Assembly (NCBI RefSeq): GCF_024700885.2
Contig: NZ_CP117016.1
DNA from: Escherichia coli
Lineage (GTDB): Bacteria > Pseudomonadota > Gammaproteobacteria > Enterobacterales > Enterobacteriaceae
Length of the DNA stretch: 64,000 nt
Reading direction: 5' to 3' (one strand)
The notes under the pieces are model-generated. The model was not told where the DNA came from. It saw nothing but the letters and a program-made list of their open reading frames with translations, and made no database searches. Shown here piece by piece: positions 7,080 through 19,766 of this stretch. The translations under genes and the position numbers were made by a program. How positions within the stretch are numbered: the stretch's first letter is position 1; each line of letters begins with the position of its first letter.

Positions 7080-7964
7080 TCAGATTTTCAATGTATCAAT
7101 GACCATCCGCAGGGCGGGGGAGACGTTGCGATGAGGGTAATAGAGAAACAATCCCTCCATTCGCAGGCTGTAACGCTGCAACACCCTGATAAGCTTACCG
7201 TGTTCTAAATCATCCGCGACCAGTTCAACAGGAACATAGGCCAATCCGAGGCCCAGCCGGGCTGCTTCTGCTTCCATATAGCTGTCGGATAAGGCCCATT
7301 GCCCTTCAGGGCGATGAGTGATTTTTTTATCATCCTGATTGAGTTCCCACTGGTATACGCTGCCGTCGGCAAACTGATAGGCGATACAGGGATGCGCCTT
7401 TAAATCCGCCGGGGTTTGCGGAAAACCATAGCGACGAAAATGTTCCGGAGTCCCCACAATTGCCATCTCCATATCGGGCGTGATGCGTACCGCGACCATA
7501 CCCTGGCCGACTTCAGGCCCCAGGCGGACACCTGCATCGAATCTTTCCTCGATGATATCGACGAACCGGCTCTCATTTATCAGTTCAAGCCGGATATCAG
7601 GATATCTCTGTTTAAATACCGCCAGCTTTGGCAGCAGGCATTTATCAATCGCGTGCTGGCTGGCATTGATACGCACCGTGCCGGAGGGCGTCTCTCGATA
7701 GTGCGCCAGCGTGGCAAGCCCAAGATCTAACATTTCAAATCCAGATGCCGTCTTCTGGTAGAGCTGCTCGCCTGCTTGTGTCAGCGACAGTTTACGCGTG
7801 GTGCGCACTAGCAGCTGGACGCCCAGCCTTTCTTCAAGCTCGCGAACAGAACGGCTGACTCCTGACTGAGCAAGACCCAGCCGCTGAGCCGCTGCGGTAA
7901 AGCTGCCTTCCCGCACCACCTGCATAAACAGGTACAGCTCGTTGTAGTTCTCCCTTTTCGCCAT
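7080..7964 (-). CDS. LysR-family transcriptional regulator (294 aa)
   Basis: N-terminal HTH FMQVVREGSFTAAAQRLGLAQSGVSRSV; C-terminal LysR substrate-binding domain; divergent from hydrolase gene. Confidence 0.85.
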   Translation of the reverse strand: MAKRENYNELYLFMQVVREGSFTAAAQRLGLAQSGVSRSVRELEERLGVQLLVRTTRKLSLTQAGEQLYQKTASGFEMLDLGLATLAHYRETPSGTVRINASQHAIDKCLLPKLAVFKQRYPDIRLELINESRFVDIIEERFDAGVRLGPEVGQGMVAVRITPDMEMAIVGTPEHFRRYGFPQTPADLKAHPCIAYQFADGSVYQWELNQDDKKITHRPEGQWALSDSYMEAEAARLGLGLAYVPVELVADDLEHGKLIRVLQRYSLRMEGLFLYYPHRNVSPALRMVIDTLKI

Positions 7965-8150
7965 TGAAACATCCCCCCTTCATGCCGGCAATCTCCGCAT
8001 TAATTTATAACAATATGGTATTAATCTTAGCATTAATCGCCCCCTAATCAGCACTAATTCTGCTCACTATAATGACCCCATCAAAGTAAAGCACCGCAGC
8101 GTTGTCCGTCGGAAACCTGTATCTCTCTGTTGTTTTTTATGGGGATTTTT

Positions 8151-9279
8151 ATGAAAGCCTTCACCCGCACGCTAAAAACCGCGATGCCGACCATGCTGCT
8201 TTTCGCATCATTAAGTGGAGTCACGACAATGAGTTATGCTGATTCAACCAATCCTAATGCCCCTGTGTCCATGACAGATAAATGGGATAAAACGTTCGCC
8301 GAGAGCCAGAAAGTCGATCACCGTAAAGTCTCGTTCCCGAACCGATATGGCATCACCTTAGTGGGCGATCTTTACCTGCCTAAAGACCGTGGCGATCGCA
8401 AGCTGGCGGCGATTGCGGTCAGTGGGCCATTTGGCGCGGTGAAAGAGCAATCCAGCGGCTTGTATGCGCAGACGCTGGCGGAACGAGGGTTTGTTACCCT
8501 GGCGTTCGATCCTTCTTACACCGGGGAAAGCGGCGGCTATCCGCGAAACGTCGCCTCACCGGATATCAACACTGAAGATTTCAGCGCGGCGGTGGATTTC
8601 TTAGGGCTGCAAAAAGAGGTAGATCGCAACCGTATCGGGCTGCTCGGTATTTGTGGCTGGGGCGGCATGGCGCTGAACGACGTGGCGATGGATACCCGCG
8701 TTAAAGCGGTAGCTACCAGCGTGATGTATGACATGAGCCGGGCGATGGGTCATGGTGTGGGGGATGGCAAAGACCGTTATTCTACCGCCGACCGTCGTGC
8801 CGTTCTGCAATATCTGAATGAACAGCGCTGGAAGGATGCGCAGAGCGGAACGTTCGCTCACGGTGGTCATGATATTAATGTCGACAGCAACGGCAAGGTC
8901 AGTGCGGGCGAGCGCATTCTGCCAGAAACGCTGCCGGCAAATCCTCATCCGGTACTGAAAGAGTTCTTTGACTACTATCGCATGCCGCGCGGCTTCCACG
9001 AACGTTCCGTTAACTCTACCGGGGCGTGGACGGCAACGATGCCGCTGGAATATGCCGCTGTTGAGCTACGCCAGTGAAATCACCATCCCGACGCTGATTG
9101 TGACCGGTGAGAAAGCGCATTCACGCTATTTTGCTGAAGATGCTTACAAGGTGGTTGGCAGTAACGACAAAGAGCTGGTGGTGGTACCAGGGGCAAATCA
9201 CGTGGACCTGTACGATAACGTGGCCGGAAAAATACCTTTCGCGAAGTTCGAACAATTTTTCCAGACCAAACTGAAATAA
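8151..9279 (+). pseudogene. Alpha/beta hydrolase (dienelactone hydrolase-like), secreted; disrupted by frameshift from a 13-bp tandem duplication
   Basis: Frame 0 ORF (8130/8151-9077) and frame +1 ORF (to 9279) together make one hydrolase with signal peptide and C-terminal GANH His motif. ATGCCGCTG occurs twice (9039-9047, 9052-9060) separated by GAAT; removing 13 bp restores one 371-aa frame. Paralog of 28049-28969. Confidence 0.65.
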
Positions 9280-9354
9280 AACCTCTCCTGAATTGATGCA
9301 AAGCCACCGGCCATAGGCTGGTGGCTTTTATCCTGATCTTTGTGAAATTTCACT

Positions 9355-10548
9355 ATGTCGACACTAAGCCAAACACTATCACCTCATCATCAGCGCGCAT
9401 ACTGGGGCGGTATTTTTGCCATGACCCTGTGCGTGTTTGTGCTGATTGCTTCTGAATTTATGCCCGTCAGCCTGCTCACGCCGATTACCCGCGATTTAGG
9501 CGTGACGGAGGGGCTGGCAGGGCAGGGGATTGCTATCTCCGGCGCGCTGGCGGTTCTGACCAGCCTGACGCTTTCAACGCTAGCTGGAAAGATGAATCGT
9601 AAGTTCCTGCTGCTGGGGATGACGGTTCTGATGGCCGTATCGGGGCTTATTATTGCGCTGGCTTCCAGTTATCTGATGTATATGGTCGGTCGTGCGATGA
9701 TTGGTGTGGCTATTGGCGGATTCTGGTCGATGTCAGCGGCAACGGCGATTCGTCTGGTGCCGCAGCATCAGGTCACGCGTGCGCTGGCAATTTTCAACGC
9801 CGGTAATGCGCTGGCGACGGTCGTGGCCGCACCGCTGGGAAGCTATCTGGGGGCTACGGTCGGATGGCGAGGCGCTTTCTTGTGCCTGGTGCCCATCGCG
9901 GTTGTCGCCTTTATCTGGCAGTGCATCAGCCTGCCAAGCATGGATGCGAATAAAAGCCACACTTCATGTGGCGCGGTATTCCGCTTATTTAGCCGCCGCA
10001 TGGTTGTGGTCGGCATGATAGCCTGCTGCCTGTTTTTCATGGGGCAGTTTGCACTATTCACCTATGTGCGCCCGTTTCTGGAGTCGGTGACACGGGTTAA
10101 TTCCTTAGGCTTGTCGTTGATTTTGCTGATTATCGGCGTGGCCGGTTTTATTGGCACGCTGGTTGTTTCGGCATTTCTCAACAGAAAATTCTACCCCACG
10201 CTGATGGCCATACCCGGACTGATGGCCGTCATTGCTATCGGTCTGATGCTGACCGGGCATCACGTCTGGACGGTCTCGCTGCTGTTAGGACTCTGGGGCA
10301 TGCTGGCCACCGCCGCGCCAACCGGATGGTGGACATGGATTGCGCGTACGTTGCCTGACAACGCCGAAGCCGGAGGCGGGCTCATGGTCGCGGTGATTCA
10401 GCTCTCCATCGCCCTTGGATCAACAGCAGGAGGCATCGTATTTGACCGCCTTGGCTGGCAGAGCACGTTTGCTATGAGTAGCGTGCTGCTCCTTTGCGCT
10501 GGCGTACTGACCTTTGTTACCGCACGCCAGAAGGCCGGTGCGCTTTAG
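9355..10548 (+). CDS. MFS transporter (397 aa)
   Basis: About 12 hydrophobic helices; MFS-like motif GRAMIGVAIGGFW. Confidence 0.8.
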   Translation: MSTLSQTLSPHHQRAYWGGIFAMTLCVFVLIASEFMPVSLLTPITRDLGVTEGLAGQGIAISGALAVLTSLTLSTLAGKMNRKFLLLGMTVLMAVSGLIIALASSYLMYMVGRAMIGVAIGGFWSMSAATAIRLVPQHQVTRALAIFNAGNALATVVAAPLGSYLGATVGWRGAFLCLVPIAVVAFIWQCISLPSMDANKSHTSCGAVFRLFSRRMVVVGMIACCLFFMGQFALFTYVRPFLESVTRVNSLGLSLILLIIGVAGFIGTLVVSAFLNRKFYPTLMAIPGLMAVIAIGLMLTGHHVWTVSLLLGLWGMLATAAPTGWWTWIARTLPDNAEAGGGLMVAVIQLSIALGSTAGGIVFDRLGWQSTFAMSSVLLLCAGVLTFVTARQKAGAL

Positions 10549-10727
10549 TCCGGCGAGGGCGCGCGTTGCTGAATAAGTTACACAAGGCGATGAGCGCCCA
10601 CTATGGGTTGGGTGCTCTTTTAAACGATTTAGGTGATTTTCTAAAACGGCTACTGCAGATTTTTCTCTTAATTTATGGGTATTTCCCCCGGAGGCGAGAA
10701 AGCGCTCTCCACGCCCGGCCGCAAGGA

Positions 10728-11684
10728 TCAGGACGACGGGGGCAGGCATGAATCCTCCTCCTGATGGAGACGTACAGAGGCGACTTCTGCCAGCACGGAG
10801 AGTGCCAGAGTATGCGCATCCCGGGCTTTGGGGAATATCCCGACGGGTGCCCGGATTTGCGCTGTCTCCTCCCTGGACCATCCCAGCTCGTGGAGCTTTT
10901 GCAGACGTAAAGTGTGGGTTCGATAGCTGCCCAATGCGCCGAGATAAAAGGGTTTTGCTTCTCGCGCGGCCTGCAACACTGGCAGCTCCCGGTTGAGATC
11001 ATGGCACAGCAAAATGACCGCCGTATCGGTATCGATCTGAGCGCTGGCTGAGGCCGGAAAAAGATCGAAGATATGGCTGTCATAGCCTGTGGCTGCTGCA
11101 AGACTCGCGGTTGCCTGCGCCTCAAGAGAACGTCCGTAAATCATCAGCCTGACGCATGGCCTGAACCCCACCTCAAAGCCATTGAGACTCCAGCCCGTCC
11201 GGGTTTGCGTGGGCAGGCACACCAGCGATTGAGCTTGCGGATCGTAGCGCAGACCCGCCGGTTTTCTCTGTTCCAGGCGGTTCAGCACGGCGAGCAGAGG
11301 CTGTGCCGAGCGTAGTTTATGGAGCGTCAGCGTGATCCCACCGCCGCAGGGCAGAACGATGTCAAACCACGGCGAACCTTCGCCATAGCGAACTTCGCGA
11401 TCGCGGCCTGAGCCCATCACCTCCAGCGCTTCAAAAGCGGCAGCGGCCTCCACGCAGCCGCCAGAGACAAAACCGCAGTAACGGCCATCTTCGCGCACCA
11501 CCATCTGCGCCCCGAGCGGGCGCGCCGCGCCGCCGCGTATCTCCACCAGCGTCACCAGCACCGCTCCTTTACCGGACATTAGCGCCTCTACGGCGAAGCG
11601 CAGAATGGTCCGGTGGTCATCGGTGAGAAACGCCTGCTCTGGCTTATGCCAGTGCTCGTCTTTATCAAAAAGCGAGTATGACAT
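10728..11684 (-). CDS. paoD: Periplasmic aldehyde oxidoreductase maturation factor PaoD (XdhC family), 318 aa
   Basis: Size and synteny with paoABC; gene order matches E. coli yagQRST. Confidence 0.85.
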   Translation of the reverse strand: MSYSLFDKDEHWHKPEQAFLTDDHRTILRFAVEALMSGKGAVLVTLVEIRGGAARPLGAQMVVREDGRYCGFVSGGCVEAAAAFEALEVMGSGRDREVRYGEGSPWFDIVLPCGGGITLTLHKLRSAQPLLAVLNRLEQRKPAGLRYDPQAQSLVCLPTQTRTGWSLNGFEVGFRPCVRLMIYGRSLEAQATASLAAATGYDSHIFDLFPASASAQIDTDTAVILLCHDLNRELPVLQAAREAKPFYLGALGSYRTHTLRLQKLHELGWSREETAQIRAPVGIFPKARDAHTLALSVLAEVASVRLHQEEDSCLPPSS

Positions 11685-11693
11685 TGTTCCTCC

Positions 11694-13892
11694 TTAAACC
11701 ACATCCGGCAGTTTATCGAGCAGCTTATCCAGAGTGATGGGATAATCCCGTACCCGAATACCGGTGGCGTTATACACCGCGTTGGCGATAGCCGCGCTCA
11801 CGCCGCACAGGCCCAGCTCACCGACACCTTTGGCCTTCATCGGGGAGGAGATGGGGTCGGTATCATCCAGGAAAATCACCTCCTGTTTTGGGATATCCGC
11901 ATGAACCGGCACCTCATACCCCGCCATATCGTGATTAACGAAGTAGCCCAAACGGTCATCTACCGCCAGCTCCTCCATCAGTGCCGCGCCCATGCCCATA
12001 GTCATCGCGCCAATGACCTGGCTACGTGCAGTTTTCGGATTCAGGATGCGTCCTGCAGCACACACAGCGAGCATACGCCGGACCCGAACTTCTCCCGTCG
12101 CGCTATGCACGCCGACCTCCACAAAATGCCCGGCAAAGGTCGACTGCTGGTACTCCTTGCTCAGTGTTCCGAATTCAATGCTCTCTTCCGCTGTCAGTCT
12201 GCCGCCTGCGGTGGCCTCATGTAGCGTGGCGCTTCGGGTACCGTTGGTAATCTTGCCGTCGGCAAACTGCGACTGCTCAGGATCAAACCCGACTGCCGAG
12301 GCAATCATTTCGCGAAGTTTCACACAGGCGGCGTAAACGCCGGAGGTGGAGGTATTCGCGCCCCATTGTCCACCAGACCCCGCAGAAACCGGGAAACTGG
12401 AATCGCCGAGGTGAACCGCAACCTGCTCCAGCGGTACGCCAAGCATTTCCGCTGCCGTCTGGGCCAGAATGGTGTAGCTGCCAGTGCCAATATCGGTCAT
12501 GTCCGTTTCCACGGTAACGGTGCCGTTTTGTTCGAGATGAACCCGCGCACCCGATTTTTCCAGCAGATTATTGCGAAAGCCCGCCGCAACACCGTGGCCG
12601 ACTAGCCACTCCCCGTCGCGTACCTGTCCGGGTGTGGCGTTGCGCTGCTTCCAGCCAAATTTATCCGCTCCGGTGCGCAAGCACTCAATAAGCTGACGGC
12701 GAGAGAAGCGGCGCGTCGGGTCGGCGGGGTCAACCTGAGTGTCATTCAGGATGCGAAACTCGACGGGATCGATGCCCGCTTTTTCCGCCAGTTCATCGAT
12801 CGCGATTTCGAGCGCCATCAGACCGGGGGCTTCGCCGGGCGCACGCATGGCGTTCCCTTCCGGCAAATCAAGCGTGGCGAGCCGCAGGCCGGTATGACGA
12901 TTCGCCCCTGCGTAAAGAAATTCGCTTTGCTGTACCGCCGTTTCCGGCGTGCCGCCGGGCAGGTTTCCGGACCAGCTTTCATGTGAGATAGCAGTGATTT
13001 TCCCGCTCTGGTCGGCACCGATACGCAGGTGCTGAAGGGTGGCGGGGCGGTGCGTTGTGTTATTGGGAATAGTGGGGCGGGGGAGCATCACTTTAACCGG
13101 ACGTTTCACCGCACGGGCGGCGAGGGCCGCCAGCAGCGCATCGCTTCTCAGGAACAGCTTGCCGCCAAACCCTCCACCGATATACGGGGAGATAATACGC
13201 ACATTCTCCACGGGCACTTTCAGCGTTTTTGCCAGATCGGTGCGGCACCAGTCAATCATCTGATTTGAGGTCCAGAGGGTAAGCTTATTTCCATCCCAGA
13301 CGGCCATCGAGGCATGCGGCTCCATCGCCATATGGCTCTGGTCCGGGGTCGTGTAGGTAGCATCAATCTTCACCGCAGCGGAGGTGAAAGCCCCGTCAAA
13401 GTCACCAACATTTTTATCGGGCGTGTCTTCCGGCGGCTGACTGACGGCCTGTTTCTCGTCCGCCAGGGAGTAAGCTCCTTTATTACGGCGATAGTGCGCC
13501 TGCACCAGCGAGGCCGCCGCTCGTGCCTGTTCGAAGGTCTCGGCCACTACCAGCGCAATGGCCTGATGATAGTGCTCAATAGTGGGGCCGCCTAACAGCC
13601 TGGCGGTGTTTTTGTCGCCTTTGCCGAGCACCCCGGCGTTACTGGCGGTAATGACAGCCAGTACGCCCGGCGCTTTTTGCGCGGCGTCCGTATCGAGGGC
13701 GGTGAGGCATCCTTTGGCAATGGCGGAACCGACGATATAACCATAGGCGGCGTTGGGGGCTTCTTCATGCCATTCGTAGGCGTAGCGTGCCGTGCCGGTA
13801 GTTTTCAGCGGTCCGTCGATGCGGTCATGGGGACGACCGACAACCTTCAGCTGATCGATCGGGTTTTCCCCTGCGGGTTTATCAAATTTCAT
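11694..13892 (-). CDS. paoC: Aldehyde oxidoreductase molybdenum-binding subunit PaoC, 732 aa
   Basis: 732-aa xanthine dehydrogenase/aldehyde oxidase family large subunit; translationally coupled to paoB. Confidence 0.9.
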   Translation of the reverse strand: MKFDKPAGENPIDQLKVVGRPHDRIDGPLKTTGTARYAYEWHEEAPNAAYGYIVGSAIAKGCLTALDTDAAQKAPGVLAVITASNAGVLGKGDKNTARLLGGPTIEHYHQAIALVVAETFEQARAAASLVQAHYRRNKGAYSLADEKQAVSQPPEDTPDKNVGDFDGAFTSAAVKIDATYTTPDQSHMAMEPHASMAVWDGNKLTLWTSNQMIDWCRTDLAKTLKVPVENVRIISPYIGGGFGGKLFLRSDALLAALAARAVKRPVKVMLPRPTIPNNTTHRPATLQHLRIGADQSGKITAISHESWSGNLPGGTPETAVQQSEFLYAGANRHTGLRLATLDLPEGNAMRAPGEAPGLMALEIAIDELAEKAGIDPVEFRILNDTQVDPADPTRRFSRRQLIECLRTGADKFGWKQRNATPGQVRDGEWLVGHGVAAGFRNNLLEKSGARVHLEQNGTVTVETDMTDIGTGSYTILAQTAAEMLGVPLEQVAVHLGDSSFPVSAGSGGQWGANTSTSGVYAACVKLREMIASAVGFDPEQSQFADGKITNGTRSATLHEATAGGRLTAEESIEFGTLSKEYQQSTFAGHFVEVGVHSATGEVRVRRMLAVCAAGRILNPKTARSQVIGAMTMGMGAALMEELAVDDRLGYFVNHDMAGYEVPVHADIPKQEVIFLDDTDPISSPMKAKGVGELGLCGVSAAIANAVYNATGIRVRDYPITLDKLLDKLPDVV

Positions 13893-14845
13893 GCCTGTGC
13901 CCTCGCTTCAGCCAGTACGGAGGCAAGCGTTCGCTTCGCCAACAGGAGTTTAAAGGTGTTTTCAGCGGTGGGATGGGCGCTGGCGAACAGCGCGTCATAT
14001 ACGGCCTGCGCCCCCTGGGATAGCTGAGCATCCGCAGCCTCAATGCGCCAGGGCTTATGTGCTACTCCGCCCAGCGCGACGCGCCCGCTGCCGTCAGGCT
14101 GAATAATCGCTGCGACCGATACCAGGGCAAAGGCGTAGGAGGCGCGATCGCGCACCTTACGGTAAATATGTTTTCCGCCGAGCGGCGGAGGTAACGTCAC
14201 CGCAACGATAAGCTCACCGGGAAGCAGGGCGGTTTCAATGTGCGGCGTTTTTCCCGGAGGGTGATAAAAATCAGCCAGTGTGATACTGCGAGTCTTTCCC
14301 TCCGGCGTGATGGTTTCCACCACCGCATCCAGCAACCGCATTGCGACCGCCATATCGCTCGGATGGGTGGCAATGCAGGCTTCGCTTACGCCTACCACCG
14401 CGTGCTGACGGCTAAAGCCTTCAAGTGCCGCGCAGCCGCTCCCGGGCAGGCGCTTATTGCAGGGCTGATTGGTGTCGTAAAAATAGGGGCAGCGCGTGCG
14501 CTGGAGCAGATTACCTGCGGTGGTTGCCTGATTACGTAACTGACCAGACGCGCCAGCGAGCAGGGCGCGGGAGAGTACCGCGTAATCACGACGCACGCGC
14601 TCGTGAGCTGCCAGGTCGGTGTTCCGTACCAGTGCGCCGATGCGCAGCCCACCCGCGTCGGTCACTTCAATCTTATCGAGCCCGAGCCCGTTCACATCGA
14701 TAAGGTGGGTTGGCGTTTCAATTTCCAGCTTCATCAGGTCCAGCAGATTGGTCCCGCCCGCGATAAATTTTGCGCCGGGTACGCGCTGAGCGCTAAGTGC
14801 CGCCTCGGCCGGGGTGTTCACTCGTTCATAGGTAAACGCCTTCAT
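13889..14845 (-). CDS. paoB: Aldehyde oxidoreductase FAD-binding subunit PaoB, 318 aa
   Basis: FAD-binding CO dehydrogenase medium-subunit-like; 4-nt overlaps with neighbours. Confidence 0.9.
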   Translation of the reverse strand: MKAFTYERVNTPAEAALSAQRVPGAKFIAGGTNLLDLMKLEIETPTHLIDVNGLGLDKIEVTDAGGLRIGALVRNTDLAAHERVRRDYAVLSRALLAGASGQLRNQATTAGNLLQRTRCPYFYDTNQPCNKRLPGSGCAALEGFSRQHAVVGVSEACIATHPSDMAVAMRLLDAVVETITPEGKTRSITLADFYHPPGKTPHIETALLPGELIVAVTLPPPLGGKHIYRKVRDRASYAFALVSVAAIIQPDGSGRVALGGVAHKPWRIEAADAQLSQGAQAVYDALFASAHPTAENTFKLLLAKRTLASVLAEARAQA

Positions 14846-15531
14846 GATTTTATCTCCCCCGCAGCGTCTTCAATGGCGGCAAGGATGTTAGCGTATGCTC
14901 CACAGCGACAGATGTTGCCGCTCATACGTTCACGGATCTCATCGGCAGTTCTTTCTGGAGGGGAAACCAAATCGACCGTGACGTGACTGGGAATGCCGTC
15001 CTGAATCTCTTTTAGCACCGCTACTGATGAGCAAATTTGCCCGGAGGTGCAGTAGCCGCACTGGAAGCCATCATGCTTGATAAAGGCCGCCTGCATGGGG
15101 TGAAGATTCTCTGGTGAACCCAGGCCTTCAATGGTGGTGATCTCGGCCCCCTGATGCATGACTGCAAGCGTCAGGCAGGCATTAAGCCTGCGACCATTGA
15201 CCAGCACGGTACAGGCTCCGCACTGTCCGTGATCGCAACCTTTCTTGGTACCGAACAGATGCAGATTTTCACGCAAAGCGTCCAGTAGCGTGGTTCGGGT
15301 ATCCACCTCAAGCTGCTCGGTTTTGCCGTTCACCTTAAGTGTCAGGGGCATTATCTCTGGCGCGGGTGTAGCTGCCGGAACGCTTGCTGCAAGCGTAGAA
15401 TGAGGATAAACCACGGCGGTCGCCGCCGTTGCGGCGCTGACTTTAATCAGATCGCGACGGGTCAAACTAAAATCGTGCGGCTCGTGCTTCCCAACCCGAT
15501 TATCTTCGGGGTATTCGCCTTGGTTGCTCAT
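14842..15531 (-). CDS. paoA: Aldehyde oxidoreductase 2Fe-2S subunit PaoA with Tat signal, 229 aa
   Basis: Twin-arginine motif TRRDLIK and two [2Fe-2S] cysteine clusters ([20 protein letters not shown]). Confidence 0.9.
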   Translation of the reverse strand: MSNQGEYPEDNRVGKHEPHDFSLTRRDLIKVSAATAATAVVYPHSTLAASVPAATPAPEIMPLTLKVNGKTEQLEVDTRTTLLDALRENLHLFGTKKGCDHGQCGACTVLVNGRRLNACLTLAVMHQGAEITTIEGLGSPENLHPMQAAFIKHDGFQCGYCTSGQICSSVAVLKEIQDGIPSHVTVDLVSPPERTADEIRERMSGNICRCGAYANILAAIEDAAGEIKS

Positions 15532-15937
15532 ACCAGGCCTCCGGTATTCTAAAGGGGAAAATAAGAGAGCGTTGCGAGAGTGCTGATGCTTTTTTAAACG
15601 TTAAGCATAGTCGGTGAGAGCAGGAGGATTATTCTTAAAACGCGAATGCAGCTATGAGCCCGGCTAATTAATTCATATTCGCCGATGACGGGAGCTCGTT
15701 TATTGCTTTAGTTGTGCGATGCAAAAACCGATAAGGAAACCTGTGATTGTCAGCTCTGCATCACCCTACAAATCTTTGTCACTTCTAACATAAAAATAGG
15801 GAGAAATGATGGTGCTTATATTCATTGGCGATTAGGAAACTATCTTGTTATACAAAACAATACAGTTCTTTACATTTGTCTTGTTTTATGAATACTCCTG
15901 AAGAGGTGTATAACATAATGGTACAAGCAGGGTAGAT

Positions 15938-16552
15938 ATGAATATATTTGAACAAACTCCACCGAACCGCAGACGTTATGGTCTTGCTGCATTCATTGGG
16001 CTGATTGCTGGCGTTGTTTCCGCATTTGTGAAGTGGGGGGCTGAAGTTCCATTGCCGCCACGTAGCCCGGTGGATATGTTTAATGCAGCGTGTGGCCCGG
16101 AATCATTAATCAGGGCTGCTGGGCAAATTGATTGCTCCCGTAATTTTCTCAATCCTCCGTATGTTTTTCTTCGAGACTGGCTAGGGCTGACAGATCCCAA
16201 TGCGGCTGTTTATACCTTTGCCGGGCATGTCTTTAACTGGGTTGGCGTTACGCACATTATCTTTTCGATAGTGTTTGCTGTCGGTTATTGTGTGGTTGCT
16301 GAAGTATTTCCAAAAATTAAACTCTGGCAGGGCTTACTGGCAGGTGCTTTAGCCCAACTTTTTGTTCATATGATTTCATTCCCTCTCATGGGACTGACGC
16401 CACCTCTGTTTGATCTCCCGTGGTATGAGAATGTTTCTGAAATTTTTGGACATTTAGTCTGGTTCTGGTCCATTGAAATTATTCGCAGAGATTTACGAAA
16501 CAGAATTACTCATGAGCCAGACCCTGAGATCCCTTTAGGCTCAAACAGATAA
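15938..16552 (+). CDS. yagU: Inner membrane protein YagU (DUF1440), 204 aa
   Basis: Size, hydrophobic profile and position next to paoA. Confidence 0.85.
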   Translation: MNIFEQTPPNRRRYGLAAFIGLIAGVVSAFVKWGAEVPLPPRSPVDMFNAACGPESLIRAAGQIDCSRNFLNPPYVFLRDWLGLTDPNAAVYTFAGHVFNWVGVTHIIFSIVFAVGYCVVAEVFPKIKLWQGLLAGALAQLFVHMISFPLMGLTPPLFDLPWYENVSEIFGHLVWFWSIEIIRRDLRNRITHEPDPEIPLGSNR

Positions 16553-16570
16553 TGCATTGAATAATAAAAA

Positions 16571-16596
16571 TGGCGCAAATGCAGCGCCATTTTTAT
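16571..16596 (+). terminator. Intrinsic terminator after yagU
   Basis: Stem TGGCGC / GCGCCA with 7-nt loop followed by TTTTTAT. Confidence 0.75.
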
Positions 16597-16800
16597 AGGT
16601 TAAAAACATTGCTTTTTACTTTCTGAAGCAGATAGCCAGTGAGTACATCGCGCTACTTCAGGATGCTGTAGATCCGGAGAACACTATAGAGGAAGATGCA
16701 TTGTTGCTGGCAGATGGAAGAAGTTTCGGGTTTTGTTATCCCTGAAAAACGAAGCCCCGCGGTTATAGCTGGCGGGGCAGTGCAATTAATTATTGCATAT

Positions 16801-17130
16801 TTATAACGGTGTCAGCCCGTATTTAGCTCTTGCACGATTGCAAGCCTCATTGACGACTCCGTTCTCACCAGACATGGCGAATTCTCTGCACGTGGACGAT
16901 CGATTTTTATATATCGTGCAGCAGGCATTTTTGCCCGGTGTTCCTGCAAGGGCAATACATCGGGGGTTTTTCTGATTGGTACCGCTCATGCATCGGTGAA
17001 AAGGGGATATTTGTTCAGTGAGCCTGGCGGGAATGGTACCGCCAGCATCGTCGGCTTCGGCCCAGTAAAAAGAGACGCGGAAAAATGCACAACAGGCACC
17101 ACACGTCATGCATGGATTCAGATTGCTCAT
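16801..17130 (-). CDS. ykgJ: YkgJ, Cys-rich zinc/iron-chelating domain protein, 109 aa
   Basis: CxxC-rich (CMTCGACC...CC) 109-aa ORF in conserved position. Confidence 0.85.
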
Positions 17131-17443
17131 AATTCACCAGTACAGCTATAAATCGTAAAGAGAACAACGGTACATCGTATGTAAGAACGTACCGCGGTTG
17201 GCTGGGGAACTTTCGATAGTGTGAGTATTGAATGATTTCCAGCCGTTACCGATTTTACGTACTAATTCGTGAATAAACCACTCGTTAGCAGGCTGCCTGG
17301 TACCTTTCCGTGTCTCCTGAACACTATGGTGTACATATGAGAAAGCCCATCGTTACAGGTGACATTGACGATCGCTTCCACATCATTTAATCGATTATTT
17401 GAGTCTCTGAGGTGGAATTCTTCCCTCGTCCGATGGATAAGTC

Positions 17444-18154
17444 TTAGTCCGCCGAAGGGGGCTTAGCAGGACAGGAATCGCTAATCTTAATGAATTTGTC
17501 GTTATAGACCAGATAATGATTCCCCGGCTGACGTAACTCAGGCTGATGAACCACGTCTCCCGGACGTAGATACCAGGCGTCGCCTTCCTCTTCGGTCGAA
17601 TCACATCCTGGTTTAATCAGTAGCTTAAACCACGTGTTGCCGGTGTTACTTACCGTTCCTTTCACCTGGTCGAAGGACCATCTAAACTGAACCTGACGAG
17701 GTCGTACTACCAGAATGGTATCCATCACCACCACCGGCTCCGTGCTGACCTCGCCGCCGGTCGGGCTACGTCTTGTCTGGTTGCGAGTGGGGACCTCGCG
17801 AAATGAGACCCGGTAGTAGCGCTCGCGGTTATCCCGTGGACCATGATAGTAAAATTTAAAATACTCGCTCTCACCAGCCTGCAACGCCAGCTGGCGGGGG
17901 GCGAAAAGCAGTTCACCATCCACCGGTCGGGTGCGCAATTCACTGCTGCCCGGGCTATCGATAGCACTGATGGCAATACGGTATATCCGTGCGCTTTTGT
18001 TGTTATTCACTACACGTTTGCTGACAAAGTCAGTCTCGGACGGCAGCGAAAATGTCAGATTGCCGACCGAAATCGCCTGTGTCAAAGGTGCCGCTAGCAT
18101 ACAGACCACTGTCAGCAGGGCCTTAGTTAATGTTACGCCACGTCGCCTGAACAT
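17444..18154 (-). CDS. ecpE: E. coli common pilus tip/adhesin-associated subunit EcpE (236 aa from internal Met)
   Basis: Last gene of the ecp operon; start taken at MFRRRGVTL (signal peptide) rather than the track start 18199. Confidence 0.8.
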   Translation of the reverse strand: MFRRRGVTLTKALLTVVCMLAAPLTQAISVGNLTFSLPSETDFVSKRVVNNNKSARIYRIAISAIDSPGSSELRTRPVDGELLFAPRQLALQAGESEYFKFYYHGPRDNRERYYRVSFREVPTRNQTRRSPTGGEVSTEPVVVMDTILVVRPRQVQFRWSFDQVKGTVSNTGNTWFKLLIKPGCDSTEEEGDAWYLRPGDVVHQPELRQPGNHYLVYNDKFIKISDSCPAKPPSAD

Positions 18155-19766
18155 GAATTTCTCCTGAAGCGCTGACTTCGCCAAACCAGCCGTTATCATC
18201 TACCGTACGCAGCGAAATGGCGTTATCCATTGGAATCGAAAATTTGACAGTGGTCTTATCCATCTGCCCCACTTCGCCAGAGATATCAGTCCACGGTGTA
18301 GTCAGCCACAGCGCATCGGTCATATCCCGCCAGCTATCATCGCACCCGGCATCGTAGGTTTTTGTAGCTCCGTTGCGGGTAATAAAGGAAAGCGTCGCCG
18401 GGAACGGTACTTTCGCCTTACCGTCATCGGAGCTGAAGACACAATAGGAGCGCCCGCCAATCACCTGCGCGGGTCCGGTCACCTTGATCAGCACTTCGTC
18501 GGCAGCTGTTTTACCGCTGGTGGTTACGATATAGCCGAAATCGAGTGCCGACTCGCCGCTGCCGACATATCCCTCCCGCGACGGTGTCTGAGTATATTCA
18601 TCGGAGATAATACTGATGCTGAAATCACGGGGTTTGATAATCAGCGTGTTGGAGGTAGAAAATTCATACCAGCCAGACTCCGGTGATGTCGTGTTCTGAA
18701 AGCGAAAGTTGAATAGATCTTTGGTGTTGATATCGCTGATCCCGAGGTTCACCATCTGCTTAAAGAAGTTGCTCGAGAAGAAAACATAGATCGAGTCTGC
18801 GCTCTTCATCTCGTTGAAGGTGTAGTAATAGGCAGTATTGCTCACCGGTTTCCATGAACTGCCATTCAGACTGAACTGCATATCGTACGCCCCGACGGCC
18901 GAGGCTAACGACGAGTTGGCGATCGCCGGGAATATATGGATTGAGATGTTGCTGAGTCCGTTTGTTTGCAGGGTGTAGTTGACCATCTTACAACTTAATC
19001 CTGAAAGGCTGCCGATGGTTTGCGTCCGGCAGTCGGCGTTCCCTTCGCCCAGAGTCGGTACTCCGTCGCTGTTGATAAATACCTCCGCCAGCGAGTGGGT
19101 ATTTATTAACCGCAGATTTGCTGCTTTCGTATGGGTGACATTGCGAACATACCAGTTGCCGGAGGCCTGATCCTTACAACGCGCGCCGCTGCTGGCGTCA
19201 TAGTTCACAGAGGTCTGACAGGCATTGATGGTCATTGTAAAGCTGCTGCCGACGGGCATTTGTTGCATATACTGGTAAAACGCGTCTGACAACATGCCGT
19301 GCATCCACTTCGCGCCGCCGCTGGTCACCGTCGCGCCATAAAATCCACTGGCGTCGGTGGTTTGCGGCAGGATAAGACTGGTGGTCATATTACACCCTGC
19401 GTACCAGTTGATGCAGCGCAAGCCAGTTAAAGGAGATGAAACTGGTGAATTTTCCAGCCACATATCAAACTTCCAGTTGGTATAAAGGCCGGTGTTGTAA
19501 CCGTTATCAATGTAGCCGAGGCTTTGCTGATAGATGGTTCCTGAACCATTGTATTTTAAACCGGTCCAGCGGTTGGCACCGGTCAGGCGCGGATCCAGCG
19601 CCCCGCCAGGCGTGACGAAAAAGTTGTCGTCTGAGTTGTTTTCGACAAACACAAACTCGCTTGCCGGTGCATCCGCCCAGGTTGTTTTGCTCACTGCAGC
19701 TCTGAGCGCGGTTGCAGGCCAGATTAGCGCAAATATTATCATCGCTATCAGTAGGTTAACTCTCAT
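18123..19766 (-). CDS. ecpD: E. coli common pilus tip adhesin EcpD, 547 aa
   Basis: Size and position in ecpRABCDE. Confidence 0.85.
   Translation of the reverse strand: MRVNLLIAMIIFALIWPATALRAAVSKTTWADAPASEFVFVENNSDDNFFVTPGGALDPRLTGANRWTGLKYNGSGTIYQQSLGYIDNGYNTGLYTNWKFDMWLENSPVSSPLTGLRCINWYAGCNMTTSLILPQTTDASGFYGATVTSGGAKWMHGMLSDAFYQYMQQMPVGSSFTMTINACQTSVNYDASSGARCKDQASGNWYVRNVTHTKAANLRLINTHSLAEVFINSDGVPTLGEGNADCRTQTIGSLSGLSCKMVNYTLQTNGLSNISIHIFPAIANSSLASAVGAYDMQFSLNGSSWKPVSNTAYYYTFNEMKSADSIYVFFSSNFFKQMVNLGISDINTKDLFNFRFQNTTSPESGWYEFSTSNTLIIKPRDFSISIISDEYTQTPSREGYVGSGESALDFGYIVTTSGKTAADEVLIKVTGPAQVIGGRSYCVFSSDDGKAKVPFPATLSFITRNGATKTYDAGCDDSWRDMTDALWLTTPWTDISGEVGQMDKTTVKFSIPMDNAISLRTVDDNGWFGEVSASGEIHVQATWRNIN

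Noticed and set aside
8130-8150. Earlier start codon for the hydrolase (ATG 8130)
   Set aside because: The downstream Met at 8151 gives a canonical signal peptide (MKAFTRTLKTAMPTMLLFASLSGV); the upstream extension adds a hydrophobic stub without RBS.
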